Positions 54,260 to 63,187 of a DNA stretch of 64,000 bases are shown here, piece after piece; within the stretch, counting starts at the first letter, position 1, and each line of letters opens with the position of its first letter. This stretch comes from Gemmatimonadales bacterium (GTDB lineage Bacteria; Gemmatimonadota; Gemmatimonadetes; Gemmatimonadales; GWC2-71-9): positions 7,075 to 71,074 of the forward strand of contig DATNDQ010000035.1 of assembly GCA_035553475.1 (NCBI GenBank). Direction: 5' to 3'. The notes beneath the pieces were generated by a model. It was not told the origin of the DNA and searched no databases. It was given only the letters and a program-made list of their open reading frames with translations. A program made the translations under genes and the position numbers.

Positions 54260-56025
54260 CGCGCATCACGCTGTTCCGCTGGGCAGCGGGGTGCGCCGCG
54301 GTGCTGTCCGTCGCGTCGGCGTACCTGGCCACGGCGGGTTCCCGTCGCCTGGCCGAGCGGCGGTATGCGGAGCGGACGGCGGCGAGCGCGGCCGCGTACC
54401 TCGCCCGGGTGTCCACGCCGAAGGGCGTGCAGCCCGTCCCGCTCGATCCCGCGGCCTTTCTCAGGAGAGTCCGGGTCCTCGCCACGCTCCCTGACTGGTC
54501 CCCGGACGTCGAGGTGTACTTCGGCACCGCGCCGCTGGTACATGCCACCGAGCCCTCGCTCCCGCTCTCCACGATCGCCTCCCTGGCAGGCCAAGACTCA
54601 CCAGAATGGTTTTCGGGTGGGGCCTACGCGCCGATCCCCGGACCCACGCCGGGGCGGGTGGTCGGCGTGGTTCGCGTGCGCCCGCACCTCCCGGGTGATG
54701 CGACCGCACCGTGGCTGCTGGGGCTTCTGGGGCTCACGGCATTGCTCGGCGCCGTCGCCGCGACGCAGCTTCGGCGGCGCCGCTGGGCCCGCTGGCTCGG
54801 TGCCTACGCGCTGAGCGCCCTCGCGTTCGGTGGCGTCGCGGCGAGTGCCGCCCACGCGGCCCTGAGGACGTCTACCATCCAATGGCTGCAGGAAACGGCG
54901 GTTCTGATCGAGGACGCGGGAAGCCGGTTGCAGCACACGCCCACGTCGGCGCTGGCGGAGACGTTCAAAGCGATGGCCGCCGACGGGACGCTGACTCCGG
55001 ACACGTCTTCCGATCCGGTGCTCGAGCGCGCCTTGGCCGGCACCCGTCCGGGATCGCCGCTGCCGATCTGGTTGGGGGGCGGGCGTTGGCTCTCGCTCCA
55101 ACCGCCCCCGGAAGACTGGGTGGTGACGGCACGTCACGCGGTGGCGGGCACCGCCGCGCTGGCGGGCACGATCCTGCTCATCGCGCTCTCCTGGGGTGCG
55201 GGCGATCGTGCCCATCCCGGACGGATCGAGGAGACGCTTTCGGCGTGGATGTTCCTCGCTCCCGCAGGCGCCCATCTCGCCGCGCTGACCATCGCGCCAC
55301 TCGGCGTCCTCCTCTGGGTGGCGATGCATCACTGGGACCTGACCACTGGCGGGGGGGCGTTCGTCGGGCTCGCCAATGTCGCTGACGTGCTCTCCCATGC
55401 GGACACGTGGAGCGCGCTTGGACGCACGGCCCTCTTCGCCTTGCACGCGCCGGTGGTCACTGCCATCGCGCTGTTCCTCGCGCTGATGGCCCGTCGAGCG
55501 CCGACCCCATTGGTCCGGGTGCTGCTGGTGGTGCCTCCGTTCGCGTCCGTCGCCGCGGCCGGACTCATCTGGAAGAACGGCCTCGCGGCGTGGGGACTCT
55601 TCTCGGACCCCTGGTCCGCACTCTGGACGCTCGTGGTGATCGCCGCGGTGCTGCAGATCGGGTATCAGGTGCCGGCGTTCCTCGCGGGCCTCGACCGCAT
55701 TCCGGGCGTGCTCTGGGACGCCGCCGTGCTCGACGGCGCCAGTGCGTGGACCCGGTTCCGCCGAATTACCGAACCGCTCCTCCGGCCCGTGACCTTCAGC
55801 ATCCTGCTGACCGGAATCGTGGTGGCGGTGCAGGGATTCACGCTCGCGTTCGTCACCGGTCCCAACGCCCCCGATCTGGCCGCCCTTCACCTCTATCAGC
55901 TCGGCTGGCGACAGGGACGTCTCGATCTCGCCGCGGCACTCGCGGTCCTCCTGGCGGTCGGGCTCGCGGTCTTCGCGGCCCTTCAGGTCCGCATCTGGGG
56001 CCGGGGGGTGATCGATGAGACGTAA
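54256..56025 (+). CDS. ABC sugar-type permease (MalF/BPD_transp_1 core) with an N-terminal extension of about 320 aa carrying 4 extra TM segments
   Basis: 589 aa. The canonical core starts near aa 325 (IEETLSAWMFLAPAGAHL...). An EAA-like loop is present (DAAVLDGASAWTRFRRITEPLLRP). An ATGA overlap links it to the ATPase gene. Confidence 0.8.
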   Translation: MTRITLFRWAAGCAAVLSVASAYLATAGSRRLAERRYAERTAASAAAYLARVSTPKGVQPVPLDPAAFLRRVRVLATLPDWSPDVEVYFGTAPLVHATEPSLPLSTIASLAGQDSPEWFSGGAYAPIPGPTPGRVVGVVRVRPHLPGDATAPWLLGLLGLTALLGAVAATQLRRRRWARWLGAYALSALAFGGVAASAAHAALRTSTIQWLQETAVLIEDAGSRLQHTPTSALAETFKAMAADGTLTPDTSSDPVLERALAGTRPGSPLPIWLGGGRWLSLQPPPEDWVVTARHAVAGTAALAGTILLIALSWGAGDRAHPGRIEETLSAWMFLAPAGAHLAALTIAPLGVLLWVAMHHWDLTTGGGAFVGLANVADVLSHADTWSALGRTALFALHAPVVTAIALFLALMARRAPTPLVRVLLVVPPFASVAAAGLIWKNGLAAWGLFSDPWSALWTLVVIAAVLQIGYQVPAFLAGLDRIPGVLWDAAVLDGASAWTRFRRITEPLLRPVTFSILLTGIVVAVQGFTLAFVTGPNAPDLAALHLYQLGWRQGRLDLAAALAVLLAVGLAVFAALQVRIWGRGVIDET

Positions 56026-56923
56026 CTGGGGCACCTGGGGCGCTACCCTGGTGGCGGGCTTCAGCGCCCTGGTGCTCGCGGTTCCCGTCCTGTACGAGAT
56101 ATCGGTTTCCTTGATGACGCCGGTCGAATCGCGGGCGTTACCTCCGGCGGCGGTCCCCATCGACCCGCAATTCGCGAACTACCTCACGGGGTGGAATGGC
56201 ATCGGTGCAGGCGGGCTGCTGTTCACGACGGCTCTCCTCGCCGTACTCGCGGCCGCGCTCCAGATCCTGACCGGTGCTGCGGCGGCGTTCGCGCTGGCGC
56301 GGCTGCGGTTCCCGGGACGGCGAACGATTATCCGTGGCGTGATCGTGCTTGCGGCGATTCCGTCGATCGTCCTCCTGGTGCCGCGGTATGTCATGGTGGA
56401 TGCGTGGGGATGGTCCGACGAGTTCACCGGCCTCGCGGCGCCGGCGCTCGTGTCCGCGGGCGCGGTGCTCTTCCTTTATCAGGTGTTCCGGGCGCTCCCA
56501 CGGGGTCCCGAAGAGGCGGCGCGTCTCGATGGGGCGGGGCACTGGCGCGTGTTTTCCCGCGTCGTCGTCCCTCAGGCACGTCCGGCGCTGGCGGTCGTCG
56601 CGGGCTTCGCCATTCTTGCGCAGTGGCGGGGGTTGCTCTGGCCCTTGGTGGTGTCGCACCGCGCCGGGCCCGAGGTGGCGGAGCAGGGGCTCGCGCGCCG
56701 GCTGGTGGAGGGCGCGTCCGGTCTCAGTGTGCCGGAGCTCCTGGCGGTTGGAGTCACCATCGCGGTCCCCGCCATGGCGATCGCGGCTTGCGTGGCCCTA
56801 GCGCGCGCCCGGACGGCCACCGCGGCGCGACGGACGGCTCTGACGGGTGGCTCGCTTGAACGACACGTTCCAGCTGAAGTCTCCCCGCTCACCCCCGGGC
56901 CATTCGAGCACCAGATACTCTGA
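56015..56923 (+). CDS. ABC sugar-type permease (MalG-like)
   Basis: 302 aa with an EAA loop (EEAARLDGAGHWRVFSRVVVPQARP). The last ~40 codons have low GC3 and overlap the convergent gene. Confidence 0.8.
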   Translation: MRRNWGTWGATLVAGFSALVLAVPVLYEISVSLMTPVESRALPPAAVPIDPQFANYLTGWNGIGAGGLLFTTALLAVLAAALQILTGAAAAFALARLRFPGRRTIIRGVIVLAAIPSIVLLVPRYVMVDAWGWSDEFTGLAAPALVSAGAVLFLYQVFRALPRGPEEAARLDGAGHWRVFSRVVVPQARPALAVVAGFAILAQWRGLLWPLVVSHRAGPEVAEQGLARRLVEGASGLSVPELLAVGVTIAVPAMAIAACVALARARTATAARRTALTGGSLERHVPAEVSPLTPGPFEHQIL

Positions 56924-58876
56924 ATCGAGCACCCGCACCGTTCCGGGCCGGTCCCCCGTGAGCGCATCCGCCGTCCACCCCCTCGCCGCGATCGTGACAC
57001 CGTAGGGGCGACCGTCGAGCTTCACCGCCCGCCCACTCAGGGTCTGCGCTTTGCCATCCCAGTGTTCGTCCTGAAGATCGACACACCCCTGCGCCACGTG
57101 GCGGGTGGTCCCGATGACCAGCGGGTGATCGGCGCGCGGGCGCAATCCAAGGACCAGGCAGTCGTGGGCCTCGAGGGTGACGTGCAGCGGATCGGTGGCC
57201 GGGAGGGGCGAGTCGTTCCACACGTCGTACCCCGTGTGTGCCGCCGGCGCGAGGCCAAGGTCGGCGAAGCGGACCGAGCGGTCGACGTTCTGGTCGGTCC
57301 AGTTGGCCAGCATCACCGTGGACCACTCCCCTGACCGCGCCACCCAGACCGAAGAGCCGTTCAAGGCGTCGACGGGGCGTCCGGCGACCGGAGCCGGGGG
57401 CACGGCCCGTCGCACGAGGTCGACCTGGGCGTCGGGAATGTCCAGGACGTCGGCGGTGAAGGTCGTGGCGGCGCCGGTCACGGCGGCGAGACTCAACTGG
57501 GTTCGCGTTTCCACGAGTGACAGCGGATACCCCAGCGTGATCGCGCCGGGGTCATTCAGCCACCACGCGCGATGGTAGTAGCTTCGCAACCCGGCATTGT
57601 TCGCCATGTCGGTGACGGCCTTCCAGCCCGGCGCCGGGTCGGAGCCCACGCGGACCACGTCCAGCGTGCCCGTTTGCGGAACGACCGACGCGCTCCAGAT
57701 AGTCGCGGAGCCCGCGCCATCGTGAATCGCGGCCAGTCCGGCGCGGAGGCCTTCGAGGTTGGGCAGGACCGCGTCGAGTCCATGGAGGATCAACGCGTCG
57801 TATCCCCAGTCCTTCACGGCGACCCGGGCGCCCTCGCGCAGCTGATCGATCGTGGGATCGGCGCCAGTGAAGGGCGCCCACGATCCGGCCGCCAAGAGGC
57901 CGGCGGCGTGAATTTGATCGGTGCACCAGCGATGACCGCGCGGAGACCCATCACCCGGGCCGTACGCGACGTACTTCGCGAAGCGCGGGTCGAACAGATT
58001 CGCGGCGCGGCCCAGGATGTCGACCAAGTCATCCCCGCGGCCCTGCGAACCGGAGAGCCAGAGTCCGGCGGGCGGCTCGAGAGTCGCCAGGAGGTCCCGA
58101 TCGCCGGCCGTGGGCGCGCAGGCCGCGGTCAGGGCCGCCACGCCGTCTCCATGCGGGTGGTAGCAGATCGTGACGGTCGCGGCGTCGCCGGCGGTTGATA
58201 CGGGTCGGGCGGCGGCCCAGAGACTGTCCAGCGCCAGCTGGTCGCCGTTTGTGGACGCCTGGAAGACTCCCGCGCCGGCCGGATCCTGGATGAGGCCCAA
58301 TGCGCGCACGCCGTTCGACGTCCGGCGGGTCAGCGCCAGTGACCCCGTCGACCGTATTTCCGAGTGCGACGGGGCCACACGGGGCGTCCGTTCGTCGACC
58401 TGGACGAGCAAGTCGCCCGCCCCGGGGACCATGTGGTCGACGGGGAAGGAGGCCCAGGCGACTCCACCGACCGCCGGCAGGCTCGTGTCCGGGTAGATTC
58501 GGATGCTGATCCGGGCCCGCGGCACCGTCGCCGAGGGCTCCACCAGGAAAGTGGCCTCGACGAAGATCCCGGCTCCACGGCCGCGGATCACCGTCGACTC
58601 TCCTCTCACGGGGTTGCCGGCCTGCAGGGAGACGTCGTCCAGGTCTCCGAGAGTCAGCATCCGGTCACTGAAGTGGACACCGGCGGGAGTGAAGGGGAGA
58701 AGGGGAACGGCGGGGCCATCCCCATGGTACCACAACGACCATCGGTGCCGGTTGTCGAACTCGAACGACAGACGGCCGGGTGTCTCTTCGAATGTCCATC
58801 CGGTGGATGGACGCAGCGGAACCAGCAACGATCCGGAGGCAGCTCCGGACAGGAGGACGAAGGTGCGGCGGTTCAT
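56798..58876 (-). CDS. Tat-exported putative glycoside hydrolase (melibiase/alpha-galactosidase-like, weak assignment)
   Basis: 692 aa from ATG 58876 with a twin-arginine signal (MNRRTFVLLSGAASG). Segments are reminiscent of clan GH-D (VKDWGYDALILHGLD; AWWLNDPGAI). High GC3 runs throughout. The upstream 140 codons in the ORF track are antisense to a real plus-strand gene. Confidence 0.5.
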   Translation of the reverse strand: MNRRTFVLLSGAASGSLLVPLRPSTGWTFEETPGRLSFEFDNRHRWSLWYHGDGPAVPLLPFTPAGVHFSDRMLTLGDLDDVSLQAGNPVRGESTVIRGRGAGIFVEATFLVEPSATVPRARISIRIYPDTSLPAVGGVAWASFPVDHMVPGAGDLLVQVDERTPRVAPSHSEIRSTGSLALTRRTSNGVRALGLIQDPAGAGVFQASTNGDQLALDSLWAAARPVSTAGDAATVTICYHPHGDGVAALTAACAPTAGDRDLLATLEPPAGLWLSGSQGRGDDLVDILGRAANLFDPRFAKYVAYGPGDGSPRGHRWCTDQIHAAGLLAAGSWAPFTGADPTIDQLREGARVAVKDWGYDALILHGLDAVLPNLEGLRAGLAAIHDGAGSATIWSASVVPQTGTLDVVRVGSDPAPGWKAVTDMANNAGLRSYYHRAWWLNDPGAITLGYPLSLVETRTQLSLAAVTGAATTFTADVLDIPDAQVDLVRRAVPPAPVAGRPVDALNGSSVWVARSGEWSTVMLANWTDQNVDRSVRFADLGLAPAAHTGYDVWNDSPLPATDPLHVTLEAHDCLVLGLRPRADHPLVIGTTRHVAQGCVDLQDEHWDGKAQTLSGRAVKLDGRPYGVTIAARGWTADALTGDRPGTVRVLDSEYLVLEWPGGERGDFSWNVSFKRATRQSRPSRRGGRPGAR

Positions 58877-59423
58877 GGCGGCAATGTTCTCTGTCGGCGC
58901 TCTTTTGTCTACGTCATTGGCGTCCCAGTCGTGGCTCTCCCTCGGACTGGCGGCCACCCTGGGTGGCGGGTGGCAGATCGAAGGCGGCGATATCGGGTTG
59001 ACGCAGCACACGAAGTTCGGCCCCTTCCGCGGCGTCGGGGAAACCCTGCGCCTTGGGTCCTTCGTGGACGAGGGCGCGATCATTGGGGGCGCCCGTGGGA
59101 TCGTCGGCGGCCTCGCCCTGTCCGCGCGCACCGGCATGCTCTCGATCGCCACTATGGGGAGTGAGACCAACACCAGCACGCTCGGGGCGGACCTGACCCT
59201 CGAGGCGGCCGGCACGCTGGGCTCGAACTCTCCGTTTCCACAGGGGAGTGCCTGGCTCTCGATGTCCGTGCTCCCCGGGCTGCGCTTCGGCACCAACGAC
59301 GGTGCGAGCTACGTCATCGTCGGGGGCCCGACGGTTTTCTGGGGGCGGGGCCACGCCGACGTCCACGCATTTCTCGGGATTCGCTTCGAGACCCCGCTGG
59401 CGAGGGGCGGAACCCGGTCCTAG
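58875..59423 (+). CDS. small Gly-rich secreted protein, possible outer-membrane beta-barrel (start GTG 58863, ATG 58875 or ATG 58884)
   Basis: High GC3 in this frame. With the GTG start the N-terminus is (M)RRFMAAMFSVGALLSTSLA-SQ, which is signal-peptide-like. Alternating hydrophobic strands are present (ADLTLEAAG, AWLSMSVLPGLRFG, SYVIVGGPTVFWG, VHAFLGIRFE). Confidence 0.55.
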   Translation: MAAMFSVGALLSTSLASQSWLSLGLAATLGGGWQIEGGDIGLTQHTKFGPFRGVGETLRLGSFVDEGAIIGGARGIVGGLALSARTGMLSIATMGSETNTSTLGADLTLEAAGTLGSNSPFPQGSAWLSMSVLPGLRFGTNDGASYVIVGGPTVFWGRGHADVHAFLGIRFETPLARGGTRS

Positions 59424-59435
59424 CTTAGCGGCCTG

Positions 59436-60980
59436 ATGGCCGCACCCATTCCCCTCACACAGCTCCCCGGCCTCCAGGTCATCGCCGAGATCTCGGCGAT
59501 GCTGGGGAGCGGGTTGGACACCGACGACACGCTCACGTCGGTTCTCAGCACGCTCAGGTCCCGGCTCAACATCCAGGTCTGCCGCTTGTGGCTGCGGGGG
59601 CCCGACGGCGTGTCGTACGCCACGAGTCCCGGATCCACGGAGCTTCTGCCCGGGGAGCGCGAAAGCAATCCGGTGGAGAACTGGATCAAGGGCGGGCCTA
59701 CGCGGACCGCGCGGGGGCTCGGTACGCTGGTCCGGCTCCCGCTGCTGCACGATGAGGTCCCCTTCGGCGCCCTCGAAGCCGTGGTGCCCACGGGACCCAC
59801 CGAGCACATGGCGCACGCGGTGCTCAGTGTGGTGGCCGGAATTCTCGCGCCCTTGCTCGCTGCCACTGAGCTCTCGCAGGATCTCGCCTCCGAGGTCGCC
59901 GCGCGGACCCGCGAACTCGAGGCCCAGCGCAACTTCGCGGCGCGGATCATCGATTCACTCCCGGTGGGACTCTACGTGATCGATTCGGAGTACACGATCC
60001 GTGCCTGGAACCGGAAACGGGAAAGCGGCACGCAGGGCGTCGCGCGGGAGGACGCGGTGGGGCGCATGGTCTTCGACGTCCTGGACCGCCAGCCGCGCGA
60101 CCTCCTGAAGCGTGAGTTCGACCGGGTGTTCGAAACCGGGGAAATTCAGCAGGTCGAAATGGAGTCGCAGGCCACGCGGGACGCGCGGTATTACCGGATC
60201 ACGAAGATCCCCATGCGCATCGCGTCCGATGACCAAATCACCCACGTCATCACCATCGGTGAGGACGTGACGGAGTGGCGCGAAGCGCAACACCGCCTGG
60301 CCCAGACCGAGAAGCTCGCGGCCATCGGCCAGCTGGCGGCCGGCGTGATGCACGAGATCAATAATCCGCTGGCCACGATTCTGGCGTGCGCGGAAGCGCT
60401 CAAGCTACGGGACGACGGATCGCCGCGCGGAGACGAGTATCTCGAGATCATCGACAAGGAAGTGCAGCGCTGCCGCCGGATCATCGACCGGTTGCTCGAT
60501 TTTTCCCGCCCGCGCACCGCCGAGAAACGGGTGGTGGACATCAACGACGTCATCGAGCAGACCCTGTTCCTCCTCAAGCACCACGAACGGTTCAAACGGA
60601 TGGTGGTCAACCGCGAGTTCACAGAGGGGCTGCCGACGTTCCCGGCGGACCCGGAACGCCTGATCCAGAGCTTCATGGCCCTGTTGCTCAACGCGATGGA
60701 CGCGATGAACCAACGCGGGTCCTTGACCGTACGGTCCGGCATGAACCCGGACCGCCATGACGAGATCGTGATCGAGTTCATCGATCGCGGCGTGGGGATC
60801 AAAAAGGAAGAGCTGTCCAAGATCTTCGAGCCCTTTTTCACCACCAAGCCCCAGGGGCGAGGCACGGGCCTCGGTCTCTCGATCTGCTACGGCATCATCG
60901 CCGACCATCGCGGCCGCATCGAAGTGGAAAGCCAGATCGGCGTCGGATCCACCTTCAAAGTGTTCCTGCCCGTCGCATGA
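59436..60980 (+). CDS. cytoplasmic GAF-PAS sensor histidine kinase
   Basis: 514 aa with no TM segment. It has a GAF-like N-terminal domain, a PAS domain (IIDSLPVGLYVIDSEYTIRAWN), an H-box (AAGVMHEINNPLATI) and HATPase motifs (LLNAMDAM, IDRGVGI, GTGLGLSICYGI). Confidence 0.88.
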   Translation: MAAPIPLTQLPGLQVIAEISAMLGSGLDTDDTLTSVLSTLRSRLNIQVCRLWLRGPDGVSYATSPGSTELLPGERESNPVENWIKGGPTRTARGLGTLVRLPLLHDEVPFGALEAVVPTGPTEHMAHAVLSVVAGILAPLLAATELSQDLASEVAARTRELEAQRNFAARIIDSLPVGLYVIDSEYTIRAWNRKRESGTQGVAREDAVGRMVFDVLDRQPRDLLKREFDRVFETGEIQQVEMESQATRDARYYRITKIPMRIASDDQITHVITIGEDVTEWREAQHRLAQTEKLAAIGQLAAGVMHEINNPLATILACAEALKLRDDGSPRGDEYLEIIDKEVQRCRRIIDRLLDFSRPRTAEKRVVDINDVIEQTLFLLKHHERFKRMVVNREFTEGLPTFPADPERLIQSFMALLLNAMDAMNQRGSLTVRSGMNPDRHDEIVIEFIDRGVGIKKEELSKIFEPFFTTKPQGRGTGLGLSICYGIIADHRGRIEVESQIGVGSTFKVFLPVA

Positions 60981-61645
60981 AAGTCCTGGTCGTCGAGGAC
61001 GACAAGACCGTCGGCCAGTACGTGAAACGCGGACTGGGCGAGGCGGGATATCAGACGGATCTCGTCGCCGACGGGGAGGAGGGGCTCCGGCTCGGGTCGA
61101 GCGGCCACTACGACCTGATCGTCCTCGATCTGCGCCTGCCCAAGCTCACCGGGCCCGAGGTGCTTCGGACGTTGCGCGACCGGGGGTTGTCGGTGCCGGT
61201 CCTGGTGCTCACCGCCCAGGACGCCGTCGACCACAAGGTGCAGGCGTTGCGGGCCGGTGCCGACGACTACGTCACCAAGCCCTTTGCGCTCGAGGAGCTC
61301 CTGGCGCGGGTTGAAGCGCTGGGCCGGCGGCCGAAAGAGATCGCCTCGCCCTCTCTCAAGATCGCCGATCTGGTCCTCGATACCGGTGCGCGGGAAGTGA
61401 AGCGGGCAGGAAAGCCCATCGAGCTGACACCCAAGGAGTACTCGGTTCTCGAGTACCTGGTGCGGCACCAGGGGCGGGTGATGTCTCGCACCCTCATCAC
61501 CGAGTACGCGTGGGACTACCATTTCGATCCCGGCACCAACATCGTGGACGTCGTGATCACCCGGCTCCGGAAGAAGATCGACCAGGGCCGGGAGCCCAAG
61601 CTCATTCATACCGTCCGCGGCGTCGGCTACGTGGTGAAGACGTAA
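60977..61645 (+). CDS. OmpR-family response regulator (CusR/CopR-like)
   Basis: 222 aa with an ATGA overlap with the upstream kinase gene. It contains MKVLVVEDDKTVGQYVKRGL..LIVLDLRLP..GADDYVTKPFALEELLARV and a winged helix. Confidence 0.9.
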   Translation: MKVLVVEDDKTVGQYVKRGLGEAGYQTDLVADGEEGLRLGSSGHYDLIVLDLRLPKLTGPEVLRTLRDRGLSVPVLVLTAQDAVDHKVQALRAGADDYVTKPFALEELLARVEALGRRPKEIASPSLKIADLVLDTGAREVKRAGKPIELTPKEYSVLEYLVRHQGRVMSRTLITEYAWDYHFDPGTNIVDVVITRLRKKIDQGREPKLIHTVRGVGYVVKT

Positions 61646-63088
61646 GTGCAGACCATCCGGGGCCGGCTCACCGCCTGGTACGCCACGGCGATGGCGCTGA
61701 CCCTCACCGCGTTCGCCAGCATCGTCTACGTCCAGGGCCGGAGCGCCTCGTACCAGGAGCTGGACCAGCGCATCCGCACCGAAGCCGATCAGACCAACGG
61801 CATTCTTTCCCAGATCTACGGCTCCGGCGGGCAGCTCATCCAGCGCGGCCCGAACGGCGGGTTCGTGCTCATGCCGCAGGTCGCCGCGACGCTCGAGCCG
61901 GTGCCGGGCTTCCTCCTCATCACCGCTGCCGACTCCACCGGGATCCTCTTCGCCTCGGCCGACGTGCGTGCCGGCACGTTCGCCACCCTCGAGCAGATCC
62001 ACCGGCTCGCGCGGACCGATACCGCCAATCACGCGGTGCGCACGGTGCGGATCGATCCCGATGGTCCCACGATCCGGTACGTGGTCCGGTCGGCAGAGGG
62101 AGGGCCGACGTTCGGTACCGTGCTCGCGGGCGCGAACGTCGCGCCGACGGAGCTGGGCGTGCAACAGCTCCTCACACCGATCGCGCTCGTCTTCCCGTTC
62201 AGCCTGCTGGTGGCGTGGCTGCTCGGGTCCTGGATCGCGCGGCGCGCGCTCGAGCCCCTGGATCAGATCATCACCGAGGTGGAGGAGATCTCGGACGGGC
62301 GGTCGCTGCACCGGCGGCTGGCACAGCCGATGGTCCGGGATGAATTCGGCCGGCTGGCGGAAACGCTGAATCAGATGATGGGACGTCTCGAGCGGACCTT
62401 CGTGGCCCTGCGGCGCTTTACCGCCGACGCGAGCCATGAGCTGAAGACTCCCCTCACCGTGCTCCGGGCCGGGGTCGAGCGGGCGGTGACTACGCCGAAC
62501 CTTCCGCAGGAAACGCTGGTCGTCCTGGAAGAGACGCTGCAGGAAGTGAACCGGATGACCGAGTTGGTAGACGCGCTGCTCACGCTCGCCCGGGCCGATG
62601 AAGGGCGGGCACCGCTCGCACGGGAGATGGTGGACTTGCGCGGGCTGGTCCACGAAGTCGAGGAGACGGCCGAGCTCCTGGCCGAACCCGGCGAAGTCCG
62701 GATCGAGATGGATGTCCCCGCGGAGCCCGTGATGCTCGAAGTGGACCGGACGCGGATCCGGCAACTCGTGATGAACCTGATGACCAATGCGGTGAAGTAC
62801 ACGCCGGCGGGGGGGCTGGTGAAAATCTCGCTCGCGGAGCAGCCGCAACGCGTGATCCTGGCGGTTTCCGACACCGGGATCGGCATCGCGCCGGGTGACC
62901 TTCCGCACATCTTCGACCGGTTCTACCGTGCCGAGTTCGCGCGGACCCGCACGGGGGAGCGCGCCGGGGCCGGGTTGGGGCTGGCGATTTGCCGGTGGAT
63001 CGCCGAGGCACATGGCGGGACCATCGAGGTACAGAGCCGGCCGGGGCGGGGGACCACCTTCACCGTGACCTTGCCCCGGGCCCTTTAG
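61646..63088 (+). CDS. membrane sensor histidine kinase (periplasmic domain + HAMP + HisKA + HATPase_c; CusS-like)
   Basis: 480 aa. The GTG start directly abuts the response regulator stop. It has two TM segments, a HAMP domain, an H-box (FTADASHELKTPLTVL) and HATPase motifs (MNLMTNAVKYTP, VSDTGIGI, GAGLGLAICRW). Confidence 0.9.
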   Translation: MQTIRGRLTAWYATAMALTLTAFASIVYVQGRSASYQELDQRIRTEADQTNGILSQIYGSGGQLIQRGPNGGFVLMPQVAATLEPVPGFLLITAADSTGILFASADVRAGTFATLEQIHRLARTDTANHAVRTVRIDPDGPTIRYVVRSAEGGPTFGTVLAGANVAPTELGVQQLLTPIALVFPFSLLVAWLLGSWIARRALEPLDQIITEVEEISDGRSLHRRLAQPMVRDEFGRLAETLNQMMGRLERTFVALRRFTADASHELKTPLTVLRAGVERAVTTPNLPQETLVVLEETLQEVNRMTELVDALLTLARADEGRAPLAREMVDLRGLVHEVEETAELLAEPGEVRIEMDVPAEPVMLEVDRTRIRQLVMNLMTNAVKYTPAGGLVKISLAEQPQRVILAVSDTGIGIAPGDLPHIFDRFYRAEFARTRTGERAGAGLGLAICRWIAEAHGGTIEVQSRPGRGTTFTVTLPRAL

Positions 63089-63187
63089 CCGCCCCTCACC
63101 AGCCTTTTATCCGTTTGTCATTCGCCCCCAATGAGGGGGTCACGCCGGGCTGGTACCATCGAATCGACCCTCTTCTGGAGCGTTTCG

